In this document: positions 11,452 through 33,915 of the stretch, piece after piece | Numbering within the stretch: the first letter of the stretch is position 1 | Layout: each line of letters starts with the position of its first letter | Source: Tubiluchus corallicola | Lineage: Eukaryota > Animalia > Priapulida | Direction of reading: 5' to 3' | Assembly: GCA_030141605.1 (NCBI GenBank) | Contig: JAQGDQ010002381.1 | Coordinates: 62,001 to 126,000, forward strand | Length of the DNA: 64,000 nt | Notes under the pieces: generated by a model | Told to the model about the DNA's origin: nothing | The model's database searches: none | What the model saw: the letters and a program-made list of their open reading frames with translations, nothing else | Program-made: the position numbers and the translations under genes

Positions 11452-11568
11452 CTCACTCACTCACTCACTCACTCACTCACTCACTCACTCACTCACTCAC
11501 TCACTCACTCACTCACTCACTCACTCACTCACTCACTCACTCACTCACTCACTCACTCACTCACTCAC
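11452..11568. repeat. (TCAC)n microsatellite
   Basis: Perfect tetranucleotide run between the LINE 3' end and the inverted 5S-like copies. Confidence 0.95.
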
Positions 11569-11574
11569 TTACTC

Positions 11575-11807
11575 CTGCAGCACCTGGTATTCCTTGTTGG
11601 TCCCCCATCCAAGTACTAACCCCCCTCTTCGTTGCTTAACTTCGGTGATCAGAAGAGAACCGGTGTCTTCAACGTGATTTGAACCTAGTATTCCTTGTCG
11701 GTCACCCATCCAAGTACTAACCCGCCTCTTCGTTGCTTAACTTCGGTGATCAGACGAGAACCCTTGTCATCAACCTGTTTTGAACAACCGGTATTTTCAA
11801 CGCCGTA
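11575..11807 (-). pseudogene. Tandem 5S-derived copies of a second sequence type (type B) on the minus strand
   Basis: Two ~101-110 nt units (11575-11684, 11685-11785) plus a 5' fragment (11786-11807); reverse complement reads ...ATCACGTTGAAGACACCGGTTCTC..GATCACCGAAGTTAAGCAACGAAGAG..GGTTAGTACTTGGATGGG..; no array spacer and no T-run. Confidence 0.85.
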
Positions 11808-12082
11808 ATTGTGTATAAGCAGATGCGCGTGATATACAAGAATTGCAAACTTGCTACATAGGAACATGTACTAATGCGTATAAATTGTCCTCAAATACCA
11901 GTAAAATCCACACTAAGTTTCGTTTATTAACAATCAGTATGCAAATCAGTAACAACAGTATACAAACATGTTTAATATTAGCCTATATCGATTCGATTTT
12001 TTTACTTTTTCAAGAACGGAAGTGAACGAGTTAAAAAAAGACAAAAATTCGGATTTCCGTGATAAGTAATCTAGCTTGTCGC

Positions 12083-12306
12083 CTAGAATTCACAAATATA
12101 CGGAAATTTTGCTGTATCACACGAGAAGTCATTCCACGTGTTCCCATTTGCCCGCAAGATGGCGCAGCTTTCGCCATCGCCGTAATTTTCTGGTTGGCCA
12201 TCTGCTACATCCCAAGAAGTAAAAAGGGCAGGTCGACCTGTTGCAAACCACCTCCAGTCACCCTCCTCGTGTATGTCCATTAAACCAATCCAAAAATGCT
12301 CACCAG
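12083..12306 (-). CDS. C-type lectin domain, terminal exon (upstream exons not identified)
   Basis: Acceptor at 12307-12308, then GEHFWIGLMDIHEEGDWRW...WDVADGQPENYGDGESCA...WNDFSC...YICEF*: WIGL, WND and Cys pattern of a CTLD. Confidence 0.8.
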
Positions 12307-12902
12307 CTTTATTAAAAACAAAATATAATTAATATTAAATTTGGTTATTTACCATTATATTTTCATATAATATAACAGTTATTTAACTTTTATACATTCC
12401 TCGGCAATTATAACGTACTTTACCACTCCCATGAAACACTAAAATAACAAATATTACCAGTGATTTTTTTGAAATTTTTTTGCTCAAACAGCCTGCAGAA
12501 AAAAACGTTCTGACGGCACCTGGTGGGACTCTCGAAGGGAGATATACAGCTCTTTAGAAAGGGGAAGAACAGGGCTATACGATGATGTGGGCTATATTAG
12601 GACACGTCCATCAAGAGCAGTGACGACGACTTAATTAGATGTTCTATTTTTGGCAATTTTCGCTTGGAAAACTGCTGACGCAAAGCCATTGTTGTGACGT
12701 CATCCATTATACTCTGCCTGTAACTTTAATTCAGTAAAAGCTTCTGGCTTTGCGTTAGATAAACAGACAAACACTAGGTAGAATGTTTGCGCATATTTGA
12801 TTATGAGTGGATTTATAAGCAAAATTTTTTTGCGGGGCCTTTGCTAGTTTGTTTATTAATTCACTCAATCGTTTATTCACACACAATCATTCATTCATTT
12901 AT

Positions 12903-13068
12903 TCAGTTAGTCAGTCAGTCAGTCAGTCAGTCAGTCAGTCAGTCAGTCAGTCAGTCAGTCAGTCAGTCAGTCAGTCAGTCAGTCAGTCAGTCATTCGGTC
13001 GGTCGGTCGGTCGGTCGGTCGGTCGGTCAGTCGGTCGGTCGGTCAGTCAGTCAGTCAGTCAGTCAGTC
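12903..13068. repeat. (CAGT)n/(CGGT)n compound microsatellite
   Basis: Direct reading. Confidence 0.95.
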
Positions 13069-13794
13069 ATTCGTTCACTCATTCAGTAAATAATTTAAAA
13101 AACTTACAATTACTTATTTATTTGTGTGATTTATCTGCAGACAATTAAGACAAAATCAATATTCAAGCTACGAAGAAATAAAAACACAAATAGATAAACA
13201 GACAAAATGACACAAAACATACAAATAGTGTAATCTTCAAGAATCACGAAATTGTAATGTGACATGCAATGACATAATCGATGAAAAGTTGATCCAAGTT
13301 ACTCCAAGGTCTTGCATAACCTCACATTTGGTCACTCACTAGCGGAGACGAAAGGTATGCATCTGAGAAATAATGGGTAAAAGCCCAAGGAGTCAAATCA
13401 AATATTGCAAACTGCAGCAATTATCATTTTGAATTTGCCAATGATTGCTTGATTTACTATAATAGTTATTTCAGTTGAGAGCTTTACAAGTTGTACAAGA
13501 TGTACTCAAAAACTAATCACGTACAGTCAAGATGTACACGCTACAGAATCTCCTAGTAAGACTGCTATTCGTTGTTAATTATTACTAGTAAATTAGTTAA
13601 TTCCAGTTCTTATCGGTTTAGCATGTCCCATTAACTTGGAAAATGGTCAAACGTAACACATTTCTCATTTGTATTTTTCTCATAGGAATATATGATGGCA
13701 GCGAAGACAACTCTCTAATCCAATGCTGTTTTATCGTACACCTGGTTTTACTAGATTATGAATACTATAAATACTACTTGTGCTGTGCCGAGCA

Positions 13795-13915
13795 AGCTAC
13801 AGCCAAATCACGTTGAAAACACCGGTTTTCGTCTGATCCCCAAAGTTAAGTAATGTAGAGACCCTGGTTAGTACTTGGATGGGTGACCGCCTAGGAATAC
13901 TACGTGCTGTTGACT
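13795..13915 (+). pseudogene. Chimeric, degenerate 5S copy opening the second block
   Basis: 5' part CCAAATCACGTTGAAAACACC resembles type B; 3' part and downstream spacer are type A; box A altered (AAAGTTAAGT); lacks the array's upstream flank. Confidence 0.8.
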
Positions 13916-14190
13916 TTTTTGCTAGTGCCTATTAACTATTGAAGTGTGTGCACAACACGACCATTTCATTTTTGCAGAATTGTTTCTGACTTTTGGAAGT
14001 AGAAGTGATAGGAATAAGTGTCTGTCTGAACATTATTTTGATTTTTATTTGCTTTGCATTTTAATGTCTAAAACTATCTATTTGTTACGTTTCTCAAATA
14101 CTACACACAAAAATTCAAAACAGATACTTTGTTACTACGTTCACCTTAATCTATCTATTATTTCTATATTATCTCTTTTAACGAAATACA

Positions 14191-14249
14191 GAAGTTACGC
14201 AACCTCGAACCTGGTTTGGTTTTGCGTTTGAATGGGTGACTGCCCGGGA
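14191..14249 (+). pseudogene. Diverged 5S remnant in spacer
   Basis: GAAGTTACGCAACCTCGAACC...GAATGGGTGACTGCCCGGGA. Confidence 0.75.
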
Positions 14250-14561
14250 CTGACATTTTTTTAAATGGTCAGGAAGGCTGATGACAAAAGCTGTAAAATC
14301 TTCTTCAACACTCAAAAATGGATTTTTGTTCTGACTGATATTTTTAAATGAAGGATCTCTTTGCTTGTTCATGCTTGATCATTCCCATGTTTAATTATGT
14401 CATATTTAGAAGGTAATAGACTTGAGCACGGTATTTTAACATCTCTGATATTTTAGAATTTCATATGATATTTCTATTTATACTTTGCATTAAAATACTA
14501 AAAAGGTTTGTTTATTCATGTACATCATTTCTATGTTAACTCATCTTAAGAAACTGCTAAT

Positions 14562-14680
14562 GTCTACGGCCATATTACATTGAATACACCGGTTCTCGTC
14601 TGATCACCGAAGTTAAGCAATGCAGAGTGTGGTTAGTACTTGGATAGGGGACCGCCTAGGAATACCACGTGCTGTAGACT
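14562..14680 (+). rRNA. 5S rRNA: 5S rRNA gene copy with several substitutions (possibly non-functional)
   Basis: Full length with T6 terminator; variants CATATTAC, TGCAGAGTG, TGGATAGGGG in box C. Confidence 0.8.
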
Positions 14681-15024
14681 TTTTTGCTAGAGTGATTATT
14701 AACAATCAAAGTGTGTGCACAACACGACCATATCATTTTGACAGTATTGTTTTTGATTTTTGGAAGTTGAAGTGGTGGAAATAAATGTCTGTCTCGACAT
14801 TACGTTGATTTTTTTTGGCATTTTAATGTGAAAGACTATCTATTTGTTACGTTTCTCGAATATCACACAAAGTGAACAAAAATGAAAATAAAACTAGAAA
14901 ATCAGCCACTGCCCTTCAAAAATTATTTTTGATTTTCATATAAAAATTCAAAACAGATACTTTGTTCCTACGTTCACCTTAATCTATCTATTATTTCTAT
15001 ATTATCTCTCTTTAACGAAATGCA

Positions 15025-15095
15025 GAAGTTAAGCAATCTCGAACCTGGTTTTGCGTTTGAATGGGTGACTGTCCGGGAATTCTGGTATTGCTAAC
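15025..15095 (+). pseudogene. Most complete diverged 5S remnant in a spacer
   Basis: GAAGTTAAGCAATCTCGAACCTGGTTTTGCGTTTGAATGGGTGACTGTCCGGGAATTCTGGTATTGCTAAC is colinear with 5S nt ~48-118. Confidence 0.8.
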
Positions 15096-15386
15096 TTCTT
15101 AACTTGGTGCTTAAATTTTTTTTAAATGGTCAGGAAGGGTGATGACAAATGCTGTAAAATCTTCTGCACCACTCAAAAATGGATTTTTGTTCTGACTGAT
15201 ATTTTTAAATGTGTATTCTTTTTGCTTGTTCATGCTTGATCATTCCCATGTTTAATTGCGTCATATTTAAAAGATAATATACTTGAGCACGGTATTTGAA
15301 CCTCCCCGATACTTTATAATTTCATGTGATATTTTTATTTATACTTTGCATTACAATACTAAGAAGGTTTGCTCGTTCATGTATAA

Positions 15387-15712
15387 TGTTACAGAGGCAC
15401 CTGTGTCGGGTGTAGGGCCCTCTACACGCCCTGCTTTCACGTCAGCAGCGACTCACCCCTTTTTTGTAGGTCCAGACGTCTTGTTTGGGCCTACACGTGG
15501 TGGAAGAAGCCAGCAGCCCTGGAATGCCAGTAAAAAAGCGTGTAGAGGTCACTAGAGCCTTGATTTGTGACACAGCTGCTCCTCGGGCGTAGTGCTGTTA
15601 CTTAGCTATTTTTTGTGTGTGTATTTTGTTCCCCTATAAGTGCTGGTAATAAACTCCGTACAGTGTAATTTTTGTGTTTTATATTGTGAGAGTTAAATGA
15701 CATGCTATAACA
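15387..15712 (+). mobile_element. LTR-like segment terminating the 5S block
   Basis: TGTTACAG...CTATAACA inverted termini (7/8), internal AATAAA at ~15648; no TSD seen. Confidence 0.5.
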
Positions 15713-15796
15713 GGTATCTGGTATTAGTTCACAGATATTAGCTTAATTAATTAGCATAACATTTATAATTAAAAGTAACATTTGTAGTTAAGTACT

Positions 15797-16169
15797 CAGG
15801 GCCTCTTTCAGCTTAAGAGAGGCCCGGGAAAGTGGGGCGTGTGAGGCCCCCTCGAGGGGGAGGGCAAAGCGCCCAGAAAAATTTTGAACTGCTAGAACGC
15901 CGGAGAAGCATTTTCGAAGAGAAAACATGGAGTTACACAGTTGTTAAAGGAAAGAACAATTGAAAGAAAAACTGCTTTATTCTCAAAACCAGTCCTTAAT
16001 ACTTGTCAATACTGGCAAACGGCGCGCGTGCGGCAAGAGAGAGAGAGGGGGGAGCGGAGGAAGTATGTTCGCATAAAGCAAAAAAATGTTACCTTGGCAT
16101 CAGGCCCCCTGGAGGGTGAGGCCCCGGGGAATTGTCCCCACTTAACCCCCCCCCCTAAAATAGGGCCTG
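15797..16169. mobile_element. Non-autonomous hAT-type MITE
   Basis: TIRs CAGGGCCTCTTT / AAATAGGGCCTG; perfect 8-bp TSD TAAGTACT; GC-rich subtermini. Confidence 0.85.
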
Positions 16170-16577
16170 TAAGTACTCAATTACATACCGATACAAAATG
16201 GGTCTTCATGAACTATTTTCATCAGCATCTTGCAAGGTTAATGACTCGAAAGAAATCTAATGTTGCACAGTTATGCTTTTGCTGAATAGTTTGTCAGATT
16301 TAATTTGGATCAAGAGTTGTGTACGTATGATACAAAATGTTCAGTTAGCAAGTAAATGGTTTCCTTCAAGACTTGACAGAGAACGTTTGTAGAACTTCAC
16401 CATATTTAAAACCATAAAAAATTAAATTAATATTGTTAGTGGCAACTCACAAACGATGTTCAAAAATTGGTTAAAAGTAATTTTATTCACATCCATTATA
16501 TACAGCTTTATTAAAAGTATGTTATTCATAATATTCATAATGTTATTCACAAGTAGGCTTATAGCATGCTTAAAACT

Positions 16578-16581
16578 GTTG

Positions 16582-16613
<32 letters not shown>

Positions 16614-16749
16614 TGTGTGTGTGTGCATGCGTGTGCATGCGTGAGTGCGTGCGTGTGTGTGTGTGTGCGTGCGTGCATACGTGTGTGTGTGTGTGTGTGT
16701 GTGCATGCGTGTGTGTGTGTGTGTGTGTGTGCATGTGTGTGCATGTGTG

Positions 16750-16789
<40 letters not shown>

Positions 16790-16850
16790 TGCATGCATAC
16801 GTGTGTGTGTGTGCGTGTGTGCGTACGTGTGCGTACGTATGCGTGCGTGT
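16578..16850. repeat. (GT)n/(GCGT)n compound microsatellite at the start of the CYP-A 3' UTR
   Basis: Alternating purine-pyrimidine tract starting ~10 nt after the stop codon. Confidence 0.95.
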
Positions 16851-16860
16851 TTATAGTTTC

Positions 16861-27401
<10,541 letters not shown>

Positions 27402-27740
27402 GACGGTAAAATAATTTTTTATGTTAAAATATTCATACACACATACATACATACATACACACGGAAGGCGTCGACCACGTGACGCAGCTTTGTAAATACT
27501 GTACTATCTCGATTATAAGACCCTAGAAACTGCGCTAGTACCTACTGCGCATTCCTGGGTAAATGGCCTTGAGTGGCGTTTATTGATTTGGAACTTATTT
27601 ACATTAGTAAACATAATACGGACTCCTGGTTCCACAGCCAGCACGCTATACGAAATAGACAGCTCTGCTTGCCAACTGGAGTTAGGTTCGCTACTCTGAA
27701 ACTGCAATATAAAAATTCTGTTTTGTTATCAGCAATAACA
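27402..27740. promoter_or_regulatory. Compact divergent promoter region between CYP-A and CYP-B
   Basis: 339 bp between ATGs; TATAAAA at ~27708 (plus), TTATAA at ~27513; CACGTG and ARE-like GTGACGCAGC at 27476-27488. Confidence 0.6.
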
Positions 27741-30457
27741 ATGTTTCCAACGTTGCTCATCGCGGCAGTTTTGCTCATTTTGTTACTATTTGTATGGCAG
27801 TGGAAGAAACGTCCCGAAGGGGCACCGCCGGGCCCTGTGGGCTGGCCCATCGTTGGTTCGATGTTCTCAATGGGAAAGGACCCAACCGCGTATTTTGAAA
27901 AGCTCACAAAACGGTATGGCAACATTTTCGGGCTGTACATAGGACCAACTTTCAACGTGGTCATCAACGATTTTGAAACGGGTCGTGAAGCTTTTCTGAA
28001 ACATGGAGATGTATTTTCTGGAAGGTTCGAAAGTTTTACAATCGGTGAAATTATGGGAGACGATGAAATGCGTGGTAAGTACTGCGATCATATAGCATTT
28101 GTAGTTGTGTTTTTAAAGAACCGCTTTCTTAATGTCTAATTTATATATTCAAAAAGCCAAGATTTCTTTGATCTTGAACAAGTGATTTAAAATATCAGAG
28201 ACCTTTGCAAAAAAGCTTGAAAATTTTGGTATGTTAACTTATGTAGTTTATAAATCCATCCAAGTTAGCAAACGAGTATGGTGGGGAAGTTACACAAATT
28301 CCATCCTCACAGTAGTTGCAAAACAGTTGTGTTAGCTTAATGAAGTTATCTTAATTTTACATACTATTAACAAATAATAGTCTTTCTATCTTTTATATCA
28401 TCCTATATATATCAGCTTGATTCATTACAGCATTCCATTTTAAGCACTAATGTTTTTTTAATCACGATTCACTTTAAATTTTCAGATTATCTCCATTACT
28501 TTTTTTCTATCACTGTGTGGGACAATCTAACAAGCCCTGCATTTTGATTGTCCTCAACACATTTACCTTCGTATATAAGTGAACGGTGTATGAGGCTTTT
28601 CCTGTGCAGTATTTCTTATTTGTATTATGTTCATTGTAAGCTCTTTCACTAGATATTGTACATGAAACTATTGTAAATGTGTAATGTGAAATAGATGACC
28701 TATGACTATTCGAGAATAGTACTGCAAACAATGAAGCATTGTGTAATACAGGTATGCAACTATTTGCTTCATTGGACGTGGACGCTTCAGGTAATTTTGC
28801 TAGCCGTATACCTAAAACTTAATCACTAAATTCTTTCGAAGAAAGTCAATAATTCAATATTACGACCCAATAATTCAGGGATATTGGTTGGTTGATTGAT
28901 TTTGCAACATAGATTGTGAACAACATTATTGCTAGATCCTGTTATCCTGTTATGCAACTTAAACATCTAATAAGAAACTACAATCCAAAGAGACTAAACA
29001 ATAAACACTGGACAGTGAAAAGCAAGAAATTACTGTAACATTGTTTGCAAAGTTATTTCATCATGTAAGTGTGAACAGGCCCTAATGTTGCACTTTTGGA
29101 TTACAGGGCTTGTGATGTCAGAAGGAAGACGATGGAAAGAACAGAGAAAATTTGCTCTGAGTAAACTCAAAGAGTTTGGAATGGGAAAGATTAGCTTGGA
29201 GAAGAAGATAAAAGAAGAAATATCAGCCTTTCTGAACGAGCTAAAGGATAAGGAAGGCAAACCTTTCGATCCTAAACTATATCTTTCAAATACAATTTCA
29301 AATGTCATATGTTCCATAGTATTTGGAAACCGTTACGAATACGATGACTCGGCATTTATCAAGTTAATGGACTACATTGCTCAAGATGTCCAAAATCCTG
29401 ACATTACTGGGTTTATTGATGTCTTTCCGTGGCTGAGGTATCTCCCAGGATTTAGATCAAGGTGGGTCAGACGATCTTACTCATCGTGCAAAACCTGTTG
29501 TAGCTAAATTAGGAAACAATCTCATTCATGAAGCGCTATTGGCCATTTTGAGCATTTTTTGGCATTTTTGTTTAACAATCAGTAATTTATTACACTGAAA
29601 CTACTGATTTTTTGGTGTAGTAGGCTCACATATTTCTTCTTATTCGAGTAGTTTGGTTTCATCTAAAGTTGTTCCTTTGTTCGTGAGGTGGCAGAGACTG
29701 ATTGGTAATTGATTACTAGTCGATTGTCGATTGATCACCAAAAAAGCCAATCCCCGAATGGTAACACATTTGCGCAAATATTCGTTGCCAATACAGCTCT
29801 TCTGTGTTCTAGCGTCAACCTTAGCATTTACTCTCTTTGTTACCAGATGTCCAATTTATAGAAATCCGGTAATTGTTACAAATTTAGTTACGGTTAACTT
29901 TAGAACATTGTTAATTTTTGACATGTGTTACCAGTTATCAATTTCTTTATGCGCGTAGAGTGTCCGTTCTTACATGCTCTTACAATAAGCCAGTGATTAT
30001 TAATACCATTTAATTCTTGATGTTTAAAAGTCACCCTGTTCGTTTGTGTGCCTGGCCTTGAATCCTGCCGCGGCCGCACTAGGCTAAAAATAAAACAACA
30101 ATATATTTTGTGGAAATAGAGAGCTTCTTTTCAACAAAAATAGATCTCCAGACCATTAAGCCACTGGTTACTCTTTGTAGATCAAAGGCTACTAGGTTAT
30201 GGACTTTGGTCAGAATATTTACCTACATGATAGTCTATTAACGCTAAATTCAACAACATAAATATAAATAGTGTTGATTGGCGTTTAAATGTTTGGGAAC
30301 ATTGATTATTACGTGTATTATCTGTTACGTGTTAAAGATTGATAAACAGCGATTTTGACTCTGTTCTTTTCTTATGCATATAAGTAAAAACCGAATGCCT
30401 TCATTTCAATCAGTGGTGTTGAAAAAGTAAAAATACTTCGAGTTATTTGTTCAGTAA

Positions 30458-31237
30458 AGCTCATTTCACAGCGAGGACGCAAAGAAAAATGACGTACGGA
30501 ACTGCTGTCAGAAAATCAGAAAATATTTATGAAAATTTCCAATTTTTCTCGAAATCCCATTTACATGCAGCAAGGTAGTTCATTTCACAGTGAAATTGCG
30601 CGGTTTTTTCCGCACGCGCAGTTAACTCAACTTAACTGCAACTACTTCGCAAGTTTTATACTGTATAATCATGTTTAAATTAAGTTTTGCTTACCGAATT
30701 TCTCATATGCAAAGTACAATTAGCAAAAGTATTTATTAATCAAAGTATTTTTACACCTGTTTGTTTTTAGTAAAGTTTTACTAATGACTTCAAAATCTAA
30801 AAATATACATGTACAGTATAACATAAATATATTCGTTATTTTTGTTTTTACGAATATAGCCATCGATGTTGCATTAAAAAAACACAAAATCGTCAGTCTG
30901 TTAAAGGAGAAATTAAATCTTAGAAATTAAATCTGCTGAAACGTGTTAATTGTTGTTCGTTAAATAAGAAACAATTAACAAAGTAGTTAAATTAAAGACT
31001 GAATTCTACGAGAATTCTTCAAGAAAATGGAACATACAGGCAAAATTCCTTACGAGGAGGACGCATAGCTGCTAGCTGGCAGCAGAATTCCCCAAGAGGA
31101 ATTGCACGAGGAATTTTGCTGCGCGTCCTCACTGTGAAAGGCGCCATAGAAAACAATGTGTTTCATTTTCGCGAGGAATTCCTCAAAGAATTTCTCCTCT
31201 AGGCATTCTGTTGCGCGTCTTCACTGTGAAATGGGCC
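30458..31237. mobile_element. MITE, PIF/Harbinger-like
   Basis: Imperfect TIRs AGCTCATTTCACAGCGAGGACGC / GCGTCTTCACTGTGAAATGGGCC; TAA/TCA flanks; internal copies of the TIR motif at ~30581 and ~31121-31145. Confidence 0.7.
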
Positions 31238-31544
31238 TCAGCTTTCCTAGAAATTAACTGCTTAGTCATCATTATTTCAGATACAAGAAGTTCATGGAAA
31301 ATGAATTTCACATTATGGACTTTATAAAAAGCCATGTGGACGAACACACGAAAACGTACAATCCAGATGACTTTGTTTCTCTTATTTAATGAAAATCCAT
31401 TGTATTAATTCCAAATCCATTCCAGTAACCTAATATTGTACTCTAACTGTAATGGTGACAAAATTTTTACATTGGCTTTTGATTATAATGTCTCTAAGCT
31501 TTTTTGAGCTGTTTTGTACCTCTCTGAGTAAGCAAGACAGGACG

Positions 31545-32135
31545 ATTTTTCATATACTACCCCATTTTCAACACTGATAAAAAGTACACATTTTTAGACA
31601 ATTAATACTACAAACGCATTTCTGATAATTAAATAATAGATTACAAACTTAATTAACGGCAGGCGAGCCCAACTATTCATGACATCACAAATTAACATAA
31701 TTTTCAACAACAAAAATATTCCACGAGTGTGTTGCACGTGTTTGCGAAAGCAAAAATTGAAGTACAATGCTACTGTAAAATATTCAGCAAGTTTTAAGAT
31801 AAAAATTCAAATTTCAAATATACCGCTGTGATCACGTATGAGCTTTCGAAACGGTGTACGTTTGTCACAGACTAGCACATTTGAACTGAGAGGTACAGCA
31901 CCCGTTTTTTGTGCAATGCGTTTCCCAAATGCAGGTGCTAATGCCCGTTTAACTAGCGAAAGGCGAAAGGCCTGTAACAGCGAAGAACTAGTGGTACGAA
32001 CATGAAATTGTGTTTGTGTGGTAATAATTCTTTCACGTAAGTCATTTTTGAAAAAATAGTATGTTTCCTTTCAATATTTGAAAGAGTTGATTGTTTTGAC
32101 CTACAGTTTAAGATTGGATCCTGTTTTGCTTTAAT
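31545..32135. mobile_element. Dispersed repeat family X, copy 1 (non-autonomous DNA transposon, possibly Kolobok-like)
   Basis: Similar to 45960-46531 and 60020-60581 (shared GTTTGTGTGGTAATAATTCTTTCACGTAAGTCATTTTTGAAAAAA); all three stop at CTTTAA. Confidence 0.75.
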
Positions 32136-33880
32136 TTTGGTTGCAACCATGTTGACAAAGGACGAGAATCGTGCAAACGACACAGTTTAGAGTAGAAATA
32201 AGTAAACGTGGAAAAGCAATTTCAAAAAGCACTTGAAGTCAAATTTTTAATAAGTGTAATCAATTTTAATGACGTTGTAGCAGTAAAATAAGATTTCTGA
32301 CATGATCAGAAGAGAAATGAGTTAAACCCGAGTTGAGATGAGATGGCTTCTTCATTTTCAATTCTGACACTAAAGAAATGTGTTTACAAGAAAAAAATCA
32401 AACAAAATATCAGAGACTTTTAATTCAAAAGTCGAGATGCAAGGTTATTTAATCAATTATTGTTCATATAAATTCACAACTAAACCTTGAAATATCTTAA
32501 ATATGGGGCGATTTGACGTGACAGAGTTCCAGGTTAGCTCACTTCCCTTTTCTCTGCCTCTTTTAGCATGTTAAAAGGGTTCTAGCATATTAACAACTTC
32601 GAAAAATCACTCGAAACACTTAATTATTGTGACACTAATAGATAAATTCAGTAAAATACAAATTATTGATTTTTTGCAATAATGGGTGCCAAATCTGTTA
32701 AAATAGTAAGTATTTAACTTTTTTTCAGTTAGTGAGCTTATGTGGGTTGCAGCAGACTGTTTCTTTGCTGGAACCGAAACCACGTCATCAACACTTTATT
32801 GGGCGTTTATTTACTTGCTGCATTATCCCGATGTACAGAAACGCGTGCAGAAAGAAATTGATGACGTCATTGGAAAATCAAGGCTGCCATCTGTAGCCGA
32901 CAAACCAAACATGCCTTTCACGGAAGCAACTTTAACTGAAATACAAAGAATGGGTAATGAAAGTGTTGGCAAAAATAAGAAATTTTTTGTTGACCATACT
33001 GATGATTTACAAACTATATTAACATTCATTGCTACTATCATCCTAATTTTCTAATTTTTTCCATGGCACTTTTTTCCATATATATGTAGCTTATATCATA
33101 GAACTTACAAAAAGGCTTTTAAAATGTTGTTTCGTATTTACATCCAGAGCTAAAGCAACATGATACTAGTCATTTGTGATGGCCTGCAATTTTTGGTCTT
33201 TTGAAAGTAGTATTTTCAACACATTTTCAGGAAACATTGTACCACTTGGAGTACCACATTCCACTTCAAAAGAGGTGACGTTTCAAGGCTACAGAATACC
33301 AGCTCGTACGACTGTAATGTTGAACTTGACTGCCATCCATCAGGATCCGGTCATGTTTCCGGAACCTAATCACTTCCGTCCTGAACGCCATTTGAACGAC
33401 AAAGGAGAGTTTGTAAAGAATGATGCAGTAATTCCATTTTCAGTTGGTGAGATTTATTTTACACATAGAGAAAGAAGAAGAAAAAGAAAACCTTCTAATG
33501 GAGGGGGTGTGGGATAGATGGTTATAGCATCTATTTACAAAACCTCATCAGAAGGGAAGGACAGGCAGATAGACCTTTTTTTCTTTCACCAATACATAAC
33601 CAATTATCGGTTAAGTTTGAGTAAGGCTAGAAAGGTGATCAGAGTTTGCACAGGTGTTGAAACTTGGATTCGAACCAAGAACCTCTGGATTGGCTTTCAG
33701 GTGTTGTAACCACACAGACACCTGACACAAAGTAGAGCAATGTTTTGGTTATAGACATTTTATTACTTGGAAGCAGCATACCTTTTGTTACACATTAACA
33801 CCTGGTTAGGCAATGTGATGCGTCCACCATTGCATGCCACTAACCTCCAACACATCTAGCCCATTTTTCTAAAAAAGTGT

Positions 33881-33915
<35 letters not shown>

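Noticed and set aside
32409-32445. ATCAGAGACTTT (IRDF) as the displaced second half of CYP-B exon 3
   Set aside because: Followed at once by a stop and no further similarity to the paralogous exon
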